A stretch of DNA of 63,709 bases, the filler included, from Reclinomonas americana ATCC 50394 (Eukaryota), in NCBI GenBank assembly GCA_048213135.1. It is 11 parts of 8 records of this genome, joined end to end, with 100 filler letters (N's around TTAATTAATTAA, not from the genome) between each part and the next. Parts side by side here need not be neighbours in the genome. Positions count along the whole stretch, not along the records: positions 11,000 to 15,962 come from PS015721.1; positions 16,063 to 26,095 come from PS015722.1; positions 26,196 to 34,903 come from PS015723.1; 8 more parts are not named here. The stretch is one strand, 5' to 3'. Position 1 is the stretch's first letter, and the number at the start of each line of letters is the position of its first letter. A program made the position numbers and the translations under genes. Below are positions 14,474-26,206 of this stretch, piece after piece. A model generated the notes under the pieces. It made no database searches and was not told the DNA's origin. It worked only from the letters and a program-made list of their open reading frames with translations.

Positions 14474-14673
14474 NNNNNNNNNNNNNNNNNNNNNNNNNNN
14501 NNNNNNNNNNNNNNNNNNNNNNNNNNNNNNNNNNNNNNNNNNNNNNNNNNNNNNNNNNNNNNNNNNNNNNNNNNNNNNNNNNNNNNNNNNNNNNNNNNNN
14601 NNNNNNNNNNNNNNNNNNNNNNNNNNNNNNNNNNNNNNNNNNNNNNNNNNNNNNNNNNNNNNNNNNNNNNNNN

Positions 14674-15060
14674 GCAAAGTACGGCACAGTATAGCACAGC
14701 GCAACACGGTGCAGCACCGCACTTGGTATTGCATAGCACAGCACAAACGACAAGCAAAAGTACGGCACGGCACATGCACAGCACCGACACAACACCAGAA
14801 GAAGAACGGTACAGCAACGAGCAGCACAGCACAGGGCATCGCACAGCAATGCAAGCACCGACACAGCACCAGAAGAAGAGTGGTGTAGCGAAGTGCAACT
14901 GAGGACTCTGTCTATGCTGTGCTGTCGGAGCAGTGCACATGCTGTGTGATGCCACACGTGCTGTGCCGTGCGTGTTGTGCTGCGCAATACCGTGTGTTGT
15001 GCTGGCTGCGCTGCACTACGCGGTGCTGTGTTGCAGTGTACTTTGCTGCGTAATGCCCTG
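14674..15060. repeat. Low-complexity GCACA/TGTGC pentamer-like intronic repeat
   Basis: Degenerate GCACA units followed by a complementary TGTGC-rich stretch. Confidence 0.6.
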
Positions 15061-15112
15061 TGCTGTGGAAGAGACTACAAACCCACCCTCCGCCCCAGTC
15101 CCTCCCACAAAC

Positions 15113-15891
15113 CTCATCGGCCCGCGCACGATACTTGATGTGATGCCGCGCAAAGAACTCGGTCATTTCCGCCTCCGACACGCGATAATGTTCCGACACA
15201 ATGATCGGCGGTGGAGACGACGACGACGAAGACGAAGACGAAGACGAAGGAGGAGAAGAAGAAGACGAAGACGAAGAGGACTGAGGAGGAGAAGAGTCGC
15301 CACCGGTCATCGACAACGAGGACAACACAGACGGCGTCGACTCGATGACATTTGCAGGTGAATCAATTCCTCCTCCATCGTCTGCAGCAACTGTCGCAGC
15401 CACGACAGTGCTCTCCGACGACAGATCCTTCGTGAGTCGCTTGAGTGTGCGAGCGATCTCAGGGTCGCGGACCTGCACCACCGAGAGCGAACATGTCAGC
15501 CACAAACACACACACACACAACACACGCGCGCACATGCAGACACACACACGCACACGCGCGGAGAAGAGAGACGACAGAACAACACGGCCTCGCATACAA
15601 AACTCCTTTTGCAGTCGCGTCTTTACACAAGGCCTGCGCCTGTTTCAACTGTCCACGATCCACCATGCGACGAATGCGCGCCAACAGTGCCGCGCTGGCC
15701 ATCGATGCGCCACCACCAGTCGTGGAAGTCGCACTGGCCGCAGGAGTCCGCGGAGCACGTGATGCACTCCACCATCTCTGCTGCGTCAGTGACCAACATG
15801 TCGACAGAGAAGAAGGCGAGGAGGCAGAGAGCACTCGCGGTCGAGCGGCTGCCGCGGCCACCAGGCTCAACAGCAGCGGACGCAGCAGCAT
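15113..15891 (-). CDS. TWNK: N-terminal exons of Twinkle (mitochondrial presequence-like start plus Ser-rich linker), on an inverted segment
   Basis: MLLRPLLLSLVAAAAARPRVLS... is R/S/A-rich and acid-poor. The last exon ...EFFARHHIKYRARADE|gt is phase 0 and matches the phase-0 acceptor at 16137 (FNLFECPTC). Confidence 0.65.
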
Positions 15892-16136
15892 CAAACGAAG
15901 TCGGTGTTGAGAAGGACAGATGTGCGCGGCGGTGACAATGTCGCTCGCGCTAGTCGTTACGANNNNNNNNNNNNNNNNNNNNNNNNNNNNNNNNNNNNNN
16001 NNNNNNTTAATTAATTAANNNNNNNNNNNNNNNNNNNNNNNNNNNNNNNNNNNNNNNNNNNNTCTTCGTGCTTTTCTTTGCCGTACTTTGCTTGTCGTGC
16101 CGTTCTCACACATCCTCCTGTGCTTTCCCGTGGCAG

Positions 16137-18634
16137 TTCAACCTCTTCGAATGCCCCACCTGTCCACCCCACAAGAACCAGCTCGACAATGTGTGGAAAC
16201 TGTACGTGAACAAACTCAATGGCTCCTACTTTTGCCATCGCTGTGGCACCCGTGGCTCGTGGTGGAACTTTAAGCAGCTCTACAACTCTGGCATCTCAAT
16301 CACGGACTGGAAAGGTCTCGTCAGTCGCGCTCGCGCACACACACACACTTGTCGCTTCACTAACCCTCGTTGTTGTCTTCTTGTTGTCAACCACAGGCGC
16401 CACACCCGACGCACAGAAGCCCATTTACCCCGACGAATCCACAGTCTCTCTCTACCCGGCGGCGCTGCAGTCGGTACTTTCCTCCCTCCTTCTCCCTCTC
16501 TCTCCCTCTCTCCTTCCCTCGCCCACCCTTGCTGACACAGAACCCCGACGTACTTCAACGTCTCGCCGACGAGCGCCGAGTGACCGCTCAAACTCTCGAC
16601 TTTTATCGCGTCGGCCTCGCCACCTACTCCTTCATGGACGACAAGGAGCGCAAGTGGGTGGAGCACGAGTGTCTCACCTTCCCGTGGATGGAACGCACGC
16701 GCCGCGGCTCCGACAAGTGGCGCACGATTCGGTTGAAGGTGCGCTCGCTGCTGCGCAAGGCATTCATGCGACTGGATCCGGCGGGCGGATCGTGGGGTCT
16801 CTTTGGGTGGCACACGGTGCCGGACGACGCCACGCAGCTGGTGCTCACCGAGGGCGAATTCGACGCGCTCGCAGTGTACCAGGCGACCGGAATGCCGGCC
16901 GTGTCGCTCCCCAACGGGTGTCGATCGCTGCCGCTCGAGCTCATCAAGCAGCTGGAGCGTTTTGACCGCATCTACTTGTGGATGGACGACGATGTGCCGG
17001 GGCAAGAAGGAGCAGTGCAGTTTGCGCAAAAGGTGAAGTGCGACTGAGAGAGAGAAAGAGTGAGTAGTAGATGTGGTCTCATTCGAGTGCGAGCAGCTGG
17101 GTCTGGAGCGCTGCTTCATTGTGCACGCCAAGGGCGACCAACCGGATGGACCGAAAGATGCTTGTGAGGCGCTGGTGCGCGGTCTCGACTTGTCGGAGCG
17201 GCTTCGTCAGGCGGCTCGCATCCCGCACCAGGCAATTCTCACCTTTGCCGATCTGAAAGCGGTGCGTGATGTGCTGCGGATGGGGAGAGGGGCAGCGAGT
17301 GAGAGAGGCATCGAGCAAGGTGTCGTACTGGTATCGTGTTGCTTTCCGCCTCATTCACCGCGGCATCGCTGCTACAGGACGTGTTGCGGGAGATTCTGAA
17401 TCCGGATCAGGTGGCTGGCGTGCAGAGTATGCATCTGCCGACGTTGAATGCCATTCTCAAGGTAACATTCCCCTCTCTTTACGACGCTGATTGCGTGTCG
17501 AGCAACTCATCCGCCGTCGCGCTCTCGCACAGGGTCACCGAAGTGGCGAACTCACCATTCTGACGGGTCCCACCGGCATCGGCAAGACGACCATTCTCTC
17601 GCAGATGTCGCTCGACTATGCATCGCAGGGTGTACGCACACTGTGGGGATCGTTTGAGATCAAGTTGCGCTGGTGTGCGTTCTGTGCATGATGTGCGTTG
17701 CAGTGTGCTGACACGCGTCCAACAGAAACACTCGACTGGCGCGCACGATGATGACGCAGTTTGCTGCGGAACCACTGGGACCGGCGAACTTTGAGGAGTG
17801 GGCCTCTCGTTTCTCCGAGGTGCCGATGTACTACCTCAAGTTCTTTGGCAGTACCGATGTGGACAAGGTTGGTCGGGCGTGTGATGATCTTGCACTTTGT
17901 TTCTTGCTATCTTTTGCACCCGTCTTCCATTCCCTATCTCTTTCCCATCTCCTCACCCTCCCCCTCCCTCCCCGCAGGTTCTCGACGCCCTCGAGTACGC
18001 GGCCTACGCCTACGACGTGCGCCATGTCGTCATCGACAACATCCAGTTCATGACCAGTGGGCAGGCGTACGGCGCCGACAAGTTCGACATGATGGACCGC
18101 GCCATTGACAAGTTTCGCAATTTTGCCTCCTCCCGCAACGTGCACGTCACGCTGGTGATCCACCCGCGGAAAGTCGACGACGAGGAACGCCTGGGCGTCA
18201 GCTCGGTGTTTGGCACGGCCAAGGCGACACAGGAGGCCGACAATATCATTATCGTGCAGCGAGGCACTGCGTTTAGGTGAGCCTTCCACGCGCTGTTGTC
18301 GCGCCTCTTTCGTGCTCAACACCCTTCGTCGCGCAGATACCTGGAGGTGAAGAAGAATCGCTTCGACGGTGAACTCGGTCGCATTCCGTTCCTCTTCGAC
18401 AAGGCCACGTCGAAGATCTACGAACTGTCGTCAGAGGAGCAGCGACAGCTGGAGGCGCAGTACCAGCAGCAGTTGCAGGAGAGTGGCGAGTCGTCGCCCA
18501 GATCGTCGTCGTCGTCGTCGTCGTCAATGTCGTGGTCGAATCGCTCGTCGGGTGGTCGTGGCACGCGACGCAAGTACGCGTCGTCGCCCGGCAGTGCATC
18601 GCCCGGTGGCGGCGAGGGCACACTAATGACGTGA
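16137..18634 (+). CDS. TWNK: Twinkle mitochondrial primase-helicase (T7 gp4-like), multi-exon
   Basis: Zn motif CPTC...[21 protein letters not shown] and WMDDD, Walker [56 protein letters not shown]. Confidence 0.95.
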
Positions 18635-18733
18635 TTGCGACTATTAAACACCTGCATGTGCAAGAGAGAAGGCGAAAACTGCAGCGCGTCGATTGTACTT
18701 GTTATTACACACTTTGAGACCGACGGCGACCCC

Positions 18734-19657
18734 TTACTTGGTGTTCTTCCACTGGAAGTAGCCGGTCACAAACGCACCAAGCATGCCGAGCCAGCCAATG
18801 ACATCGTTCCGCAGACCAATGCCACCGGGAACGCCCCAGTGCACGGCCAGCACCAGATCGGCCGTCATCTTGGCCGACTTCCACCATGTGGCCCGTCGCT
18901 TCGCGCGCACCGTCTCCAGCTCATCGCGCAACGCCGCCACATTCTCCGACGGCGCTGCCGTGACAATCGAACGCTCCAGCTCGCGTTGCCTGGCCGCCGC
19001 CAACCGGTCGCGCAGCAACATGGACGAGATGTCCATGACCAGGTTGACGACCCACAACCACATGGTGGCGAGCTCCACGGGCGTCGACACATGCTCCGGC
19101 ATCGTGCCCGGGCTCATGTAGTTCACCCACAGCGCCATCTCCAGTGGATTGTAGGCAATCATGCTGAGCGCCGATATGTCGTCGCAGCGTGAGGCCACTC
19201 GCAGGCGCCAATCCGACGACTGTCGCTCGGCATTCGGCGACGCCACCACCAGTGCATAGTCGATGCCCATGAAGAAGCGCAGACAGTAGCGCGTCATGGA
19301 GAGACCGCTGCCGACTTTTTGCACGGTGGTCAGAATGTGCTTGGCGCGCTCCGAGTTCGCCGGCATGTGTTGCGAGAGGTGGTAGGCTGTTCACACGAGT
19401 AAGTAAAAAAAAGATGCATTTCCCGCGCGTGCGTGTGTGTCTTGTCAAACTGATGATCAGTGTGTGCGTGTGCATGTGTGTATGTGGAGAGTGTGCGAGA
19501 AGAGACACACACACACATTCGCGTGTGGTGAGACGCAACAGACGATTTTGGAACCGTAGGCCAGAGAGCGATACACCTTGTCGGCTCCCCAAATTCCACT
19601 GAGGAAGCGCGAGAGACGGCCCAGCGTCTGCAGTGCGCTTGAGGTGCTGTCGGACAT
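18734..19657 (-). CDS. PEX11: Peroxisomal biogenesis factor 11 family protein
   Basis: N-terminal GADKVYRSLAYG, LSMTRYCLRFF, YNPLE, C-terminal ADLVLAVHW...IGWLGMLGA...W typical of PEX11; one intron. Confidence 0.8.
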
Positions 19658-20065
19658 GGTCTGTGTGTTGGTGTGGGGCGGGCGTGCGCGAGAGAGGCGA
19701 AGCGGAGTTGAGAGGTGCGGAGATGCGCTCGCTCGGGACGTGGGACGAACATCTGAAGCGCGCTTGGCTTTCTCTTCCACGAGGATTTTCCATCCAGCTC
19801 AAGCGATGACCTTCATCAGTTGATCAGTGAAGCTGCAGAAGGCCCAACCGGTTAACCTCGCCACAGCAACAATCCACCAAGTTAAAAAAGAGGACCAGCA
19901 GCTGATCCGTGAAGCTCCCCACAAGAACCACAAGCAAAAGACCCACTCTTTTCCAAGAGAATCGTCAGTTCGTCAATCGCAAGAAACAGACATGCAACAT
20001 AGATGGCCAAGTCCACCCTCCACCTTCTGTCACCATCACGCATCGATTGTTAGAATACACTCTCC

Positions 20066-20733
20066 CTACAGCGGCAATGCCATCTCCTTCTCCAGCACAT
20101 CGGCGAGCACATGCAACAACTGCGTCTCCTGCGCGGCCTCCAATGGCACGCGCAGCAGGTGATCGTCGTTCTGTGCCTCCACGCGACTCGCACCCACCAC
20201 CTTCTCCAGCGCACGCCGACAGCGCACGGAATTGGCGGCCGCCAGCTCCACCAGACGAGCACGCATGTCGTCACCCGCTGGCAAATGGTCCACCGCGTCT
20301 GTCGTGTCAAAATCGATAACCAGCTGGCCGCGCCGCAGCGCCACACTCGACGGCGGGCAGTCGACGAAAGCCTCGCCGAGAATGTTGTTCAGTGTGCGTG
20401 CCACCTGCTGCGGTGTGGACGGCGACGGTGGTAAGCCGACGGGACTCTGCGGTGACTCTGCGGATCGACACAGTGCTGTGTGTGTGAGTGGCTTGTTCTC
20501 GCTGCACGCTCCCCCGGCCGTGCGCCACTCACCCATCCACGATGTTGGCGACGTGATGGAATCGCGCACCCCCGCAATGATGGCATTGGTCTCACTCGTG
20601 CCCTCGCCCAGCCACTTGCAGAAGCACCGCACTGCCTGTTCACACGACGCGTCCAGCTCACTGCGCGCGCGCAGTCAGTCAATGATTCACATGACATGGC
20701 GATACTTACAAACACACATTTGATCTTGTGCGA

Positions 20734-20789
<56 letters not shown>

Positions 20790-22199
20790 GCGCAAGCACG
20801 CATACAGTTGCACACAGACGCACCCACCCACCCACCCACCACCCCCCACACACAGACGCACAGACGCACACAGAGGCACACACACATTTTTGATCTTGCA
20901 CACGCAGGCTCGAGTGCTCTCTTTCTCTCACTCTCTCCTTCTCCCATTCTCCTTCTCTCCTAGTCTCCCTCCCTCTCACCGTTGCTGCTCCAGCTTCTTC
21001 TCCACCACCGACAGCGACTCCAACACGGACGGTTGCGGATTGTGCGCCGATGGGCTGAGCACCTCCAGCGCGGCAACCAGGCGACGCCGTTCAGAACGCA
21101 GGGCCGCCAGGTCTCGTTGATTCTGCATGGGAGACGAATCAACAATGTGCTGAAAGAAGTTCTCTCTCTCACACACTCTCACGTCTCATACCTCCTTGAA
21201 CACCTCCAGCACCACCTCCCTCGACCTGAGCAATCGCTGCGCCCCGCCATCCTCGTCCTCAGAGGCCAAAATGTCGGAGTGTCGCGACACGGTCGTCTCG
21301 CACAGCTGATTGACCGTGTCGCGGAACCACGAGGCAAACGTGGCCTGAGGTGGCTTGAACGGGTTGTCTTCGCCAGCGGCCGCTGCTGAAGCCGCGGCGG
21401 AAGACGACGTGGGCGACGACGCAGAAAACGACACTTGCTTCGGTGACGAGGGGCGACCCGATGCTCGACGATCGTCGCTCGGTTTCTTGACCTCGTTCAG
21501 CGTGTCCTTGCGCGCGAGAATGAGTTCCTTCTTGTTGTGCACGGCCATGATGAGCGAGTCCACGGTCTGTGCGCGTGAAGCAGCTGGCATGTCAGTCCCT
21601 GATTCCTTTCTGCGGTTGCCCTTGCGCACACTCACCGTCTCCTCCGTGTACAACAACTCCAGTCGTCGCTTGGCCTCACGCACGACAGCCTCCTGCTGCT
21701 CAATGGCCGCACGCACTGCGTCGTGCCGCGCCGACAGCATGCTCTCATCGGCCTCGCACTCCGACAGCGCCAGCGCCACTTCTTCGGCGGGCACAGCACG
21801 CCGTTCGGCGCGCGCCACAATGGCATTCCACGTTTCGCTCTCTGCGCCCGTCGGTGGACGCCGCCAGTCCTCTGTGACGAAGCGACGCATGGTTTGTGAG
21901 GCCAGTGTGCGCGAGTCACCATGCGCTTGCATGTATCTGTGCATGAGAAAGACGGGAGAGACAGTTGTCAGCGACGGTTCGGCGAGAGGAACATCGCCAC
22001 ATGCACACGCAACGTCACGTCTCGGTCCTTTTCTGCATTCTGCAGACCACGGTCGGAACGCGTCAGCGTCTGCGCCGTGTCGCGCCACTCGCTGAAGCGC
22101 GGTCGAACAATGTCATTCAGGTCGTGATGCATCTGAGCAAACACCTCTGCAAAAAGACACAGATGGAGGGTCAACAATCTCCATCAACTATCGAGCAGA
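20066..22199 (-). CDS. Hypothetical multi-exon protein with coiled-coil segments, 5'-partial
   Basis: Long open exons (for example about 21190-21935) bounded by GT/AG sites; no recognised domain. Confidence 0.55.
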
Positions 22200-22349
22200 N
22201 NNNNNNNNNNNNNNNNNNNNNNNNNNNNNNNNNNNNNNNNNNNNNNNNNNNNNNNNNNNNNNNNNNNNNNNNNNNNNNNNNNNNNNNNNNNNNNNNNNNN
22301 NNNNNNNNNNNNNNNNNNNNNNNNNNNNNNNNNNNNNNNNNNNNNNNNN

Positions 22350-22806
22350 CGCACCGAAAGAGCCGAGGAGGTGATTCGTGAGATTGTTGACGGATCACAA
22401 TCGTTGTTGCGCGCCGCTCCACTGTGCATCTTGCCGACGCCGTTCACCGGAGGTGCGCACGATGCTGTTGCGCGTTGTTGTTGTTGTTGCGTGTGCCTGG
22501 TCCCTCATCCCCGATCCCTGCGTAGAGATCCATCGCGTGGCGGAACAGTGTCGCGAACTCGCGGCATCGTGGCTGGAGGAGGTGCGAACGGCGTTGTCCA
22601 TTGAGACGGCGGATCAGAGCAGCACCTCCTCCGCCGTGGGACCACCAGTGCAGCAGGTGCTGGAGGCGTATCGGCAGTTTTTGCGTGAATACCCGGATCG
22701 AGTTGCGTGCGCGCAAGGTTGCAGGAGTCAGTCAGTGAGTCACGTGTCATCTCACTCTTTTTCGTGTGCGCGCAGACGATTCGGAGTCAAGCCACAACCG
22801 AAATGG
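22350..22806 (+). CDS. Exon fragments of a hypothetical protein (gap-bounded, possibly an inverted part of the neighbouring gene)
   Basis: TERAEEVIREIVDG..., EIHRVAEQCRELAASWLEE...; GT-AG introns on the + strand. Confidence 0.45.
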
Positions 22807-23155
22807 GTGAGTGGCGGCGACNNNNNNNNNNNNNNNNNNNNNNNNNNNNNNNNNNNNNNNNNNNNNNNNNNNNNNNNNNNNNNNNNNNNNNNNNNNNNNN
22901 NNNNNNNNNNNNNNNNNNNNNNNNNNNNNNNNNNNNNNNNNNNNNNNNNNNNNNNNNNNNNNNNNNNNNNNNNNNNNNNNNNNNNNNNNNNNNNNNNNNN
23001 NNNNNNNNNNNNNNNNNNNNNNNNNNNNNNNNNNNNNNNNNNNNNNNNNNNNNNNNNNNNNNNNNNNNNNNNNNNNNNNNNNNNNNNNNNNNNNNNNNNN
23101 NNNNNNNNNNNNNNNNNNNNNNNNNNNNNNNNNNNNNNNNNNNNNNNNNNNNNNN

Positions 23156-25700
23156 TGCCTCGTTTTCTGTCGGCGTAAAGGTAGGGGGAAAGGTAAGGCG
23201 ACAAGTATATGGGGAGGCTGGTGGGAACAACGCACCGAGCTTCTCCGTGAAAAAGTCCACCTTGCCGCTCTGCACCGCCACTCCACTCGGCTGCACAATG
23301 TACATTTGCGCCGAGTACCGACGCCCCGGCAGGAGCGTGCCGCCCAACTCCATTCGCTCGTCGGCCACGTGGCCGACGGCATATGCAACGGGTGTCTTCA
23401 TCGGATTGACCGTGTCCTGTGATGCAGACAGTGAGCATGCAGGAAGAGGAGCAGGGGGTGGATTGATAAATGTACAGTGGATGTGAATCTCAATTGGAGT
23501 TGACGTACCAAAATCGCTGCGATGCACGGCGCCCCATCGACCGTGTGCGGTGGCAGCATCCACGTGATTGTCACTCCGTACGGTGTGGTACGGTCGACCT
23601 GCAACGACATGGGCTCTGCACGAGACACACAGTTGTCAGTGAGAGGCGCAGAATTCCAGAAACGACGGCACAGCGCACCTTGGCATTTCCACACACGCAA
23701 ACGCCGGTCGTCACCACCCGTGGCCAGCGCGAGCCCATCGGGGCTCCACTGCACCGTGTTGATGCCGCCGCGGTGTGCGTCTTCGATGCATTGTTGCTCG
23801 GAGTACGGGTACGATGCGTCCCACTGTCACGTCGGTGCAAGTGAGCAAGAAATGAAGACTTGCGAGAAGCTCTATCTGCAAAATGCCTCTATGACAATGA
23901 CCGACTGCAGTGGCGCACTGTCTGCTCCTTGTATCATCTATTGGCACAGTCCATTGTTAGAATTCGTGGTGCACTGTCTACAAAGCGCCACTTCTACGGC
24001 TACAGCGAGTCGCCGGCATCATCGCGCACTCTCAGCAAAGTGTCACTATGACTATTGCGGACTGCGAACTTTCGTGGTGCACTGCGTGCTCTTTGTGTTC
24101 CTAACAGCGCAGCTCATTGCCAGCATTCGTGGTGCACTCTGTGTGCAAAGTGCCCCAACCACAACTAAATCGTACGCAGACTCATTTCGTGGTCTACTCG
24201 GTGCCAAGCTCTACAAATACGGCGGACTGCAGACATGCGTGGGGTGCACTCTGTGCAAGGAGACTCCTCTGCGAACTGCAAAAAGCTTGCGGTCCACTGC
24301 CTGTTCTTTGTGCTCGTGGTTCGCTATCTGCAAAGCGTCCCTTCCAGGAACTTCAAACATTCTCCCTCCACACAAACACACGCTTCCTTCTCACTACCGC
24401 CACGCACCACTCGCAAAGTCCGATCCAGTGAGACGGATGCGATTCGTGTGCCGTCGTGTCGCAATGACACGCCCATGATCGCTTCCTGTGGCGCCGAGTG
24501 AGCACACGAATTGTGATTGAGGAGGCAGGGCATGGCGCTTGTAACGCACCTTGTGGCCGACAAATGTGGTCAACAGCTCGCCCGTTTCGGCATTCCACAG
24601 CTTCAGCTGTCGATCGTACGAGCCCGACACGCAGGTGGGCACCCAATCACCCGCCGACTGAACGAGTGCGGTGAGTGTCTGAGTGGTCACACAGTAGTCA
24701 CACGAGAAGCGACTCGACTTACCGACTGCTGCAGAGCACCTGACACGGTGGTGATACCGGCAGTGTGGGAGCGCAGCACGTGCAGTGACTCGGCGGAGCC
24801 ACGCCGCGTGTCCCACACTCGCAGTGTCGAGTCCTCGGAGCTGCAGAGGCGCGGATGAGCAACCCCGATGACATTCATCACCACCTGGAGCCCATGGCCA
24901 CTCACCACGACACAATCAGGTGATCCTTGTCGGCCCACGTCACACCCGTCACCGCCAGTGTGTGCCCAACCAGTTTGGTGGCCTGTTCTCGCGACCGAAT
25001 GTCCCACAGACAGCACATGTTGTCTTTGGAGACAGAGGCCAGCAGCGACTCTTCACGTGGGTGGAAGGCGACGCCCGACACTCCCGACGTGTGCCCGCCC
25101 TCGAGCGTTACTGGTGGGGTGTCGGCCTGCATGACAGCCACAGAGAGGGAGAGAAAAACGAGACACGGCCGTTGGCATTGCGGAGGGATGTGCACGCCGA
25201 CGACGATGATGCAGAAGCTCACCACAGGCTGCGATCCAAAAGTCCACAAGAGAATGTTGCCGTCCTCGGAGCACGTGGCTGCAAGAAGGAAGACGAGTCA
25301 CAACAAAGCATTCGTGTGGACGGTGTGCCGATTTACGCACCCAGCATTGCTCCCTGCACATCCCCATGATGGACACGACATGAGCACACAGGAAGGCTGC
25401 AGCACGTGGAATGACACACAGAACGCACCGACACGCTCCACGACATCGACCGCACATTGTTGGTGTGGCCGTGCAGGGTGTCGGCCAGGCTAAACTCACG
25501 TCCTCGCGCCAGCAACTTGGCACGGTACTCGACGCTCGTGGCGACCTGTCAGACGGGCGGTGAGGAGATGACGGACACACACACACACAGAGAGAGAGAG
25601 AGGATCATATAAACCTCGTCGGGGCGCGACGGAGGCGCCGAGTCCCACACAGTGACGGATTGATTGTGTTTCAGCAGTCCTGCGATGGGAGAAGGAGGGA
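23156..25700 (-). CDS. WD40-repeat protein with a C-terminal beta-rich domain, partial
   Basis: Repeated GH...WD units: LHGHTNNVRSMSWS, GGHTSGVSGVAFHP...CLWD, LVGHTLAVTGVTW...LRVWD, SGSYDRQLKLWN, LATGGDDRRLRVWK. Confidence 0.9.
23860..24340. repeat. Degenerate minisatellite of about 55-bp period inside a long WD40 intron
   Basis: Core TTCGTGGTGCACT at 23963, 24071 and 24126, with variants near 23908, 24021, 24186, 24237 and 24313. Confidence 0.65.
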
Positions 25701-26206
25701 GTGAGTGAGAAGGAAAGAGAAGAGGAAGGCAAGGAGCGAGATCTCTCTCTCTCTTTCTGCAGACTCTTATCCGTAATCTCTCTTGAGAAAGAAAGAAAGA
25801 AACACGAGGAAGAGCGACACGTGAGAGAGTGGTGAAAAGAGAGCGGCATGAGAGAGAGAGAAAACAGGAGCACAGGGGCGACAGAAACGGCAAAGAGAAG
25901 GACAACGGCGAGAGAGAGAGAGAGAGAGAGAGAGTGGGCTTCTCTCGCCGATGTGACTCCCTGTTCTCTCACTCTCTGTCCACCTTTCTCATGTCGCTTC
26001 ATCGCACACTGTCCTGCCCTCGCCCTGCTTTTCCCCATTTCTCGTTCCTTCTCCCTCCCTACCTCTCTCTCTCTCTCTCCTTCTCCCTTCTCACANNNNN
26101 NNNNNNNNNNNNNNNNNNNNNNNNNNNNNNNNNNNNNNNTTAATTAATTAANNNNNNNNNNNNNNNNNNNNNNNNNNNNNNNNNNNNNNNNNNNNGCGGG
26201 TTACGC

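Noticed and set aside
17661..17726. Non-canonical TT donor (AAG|TTGCG)
   Set aside because: The reading frame (EIK-NTRLA) requires cleavage before the G, so it is a GT-AG intron.
20736..20792. (CA)n(CG)n tract as a functional Z-DNA element
   Set aside because: Such tracts are common in this genome's introns and there is no specific evidence of function.
23860..24340. CRISPR array
   Set aside because: Repeats are only about 13 bp and degenerate, lie in a eukaryotic intron, and no cas genes are present.
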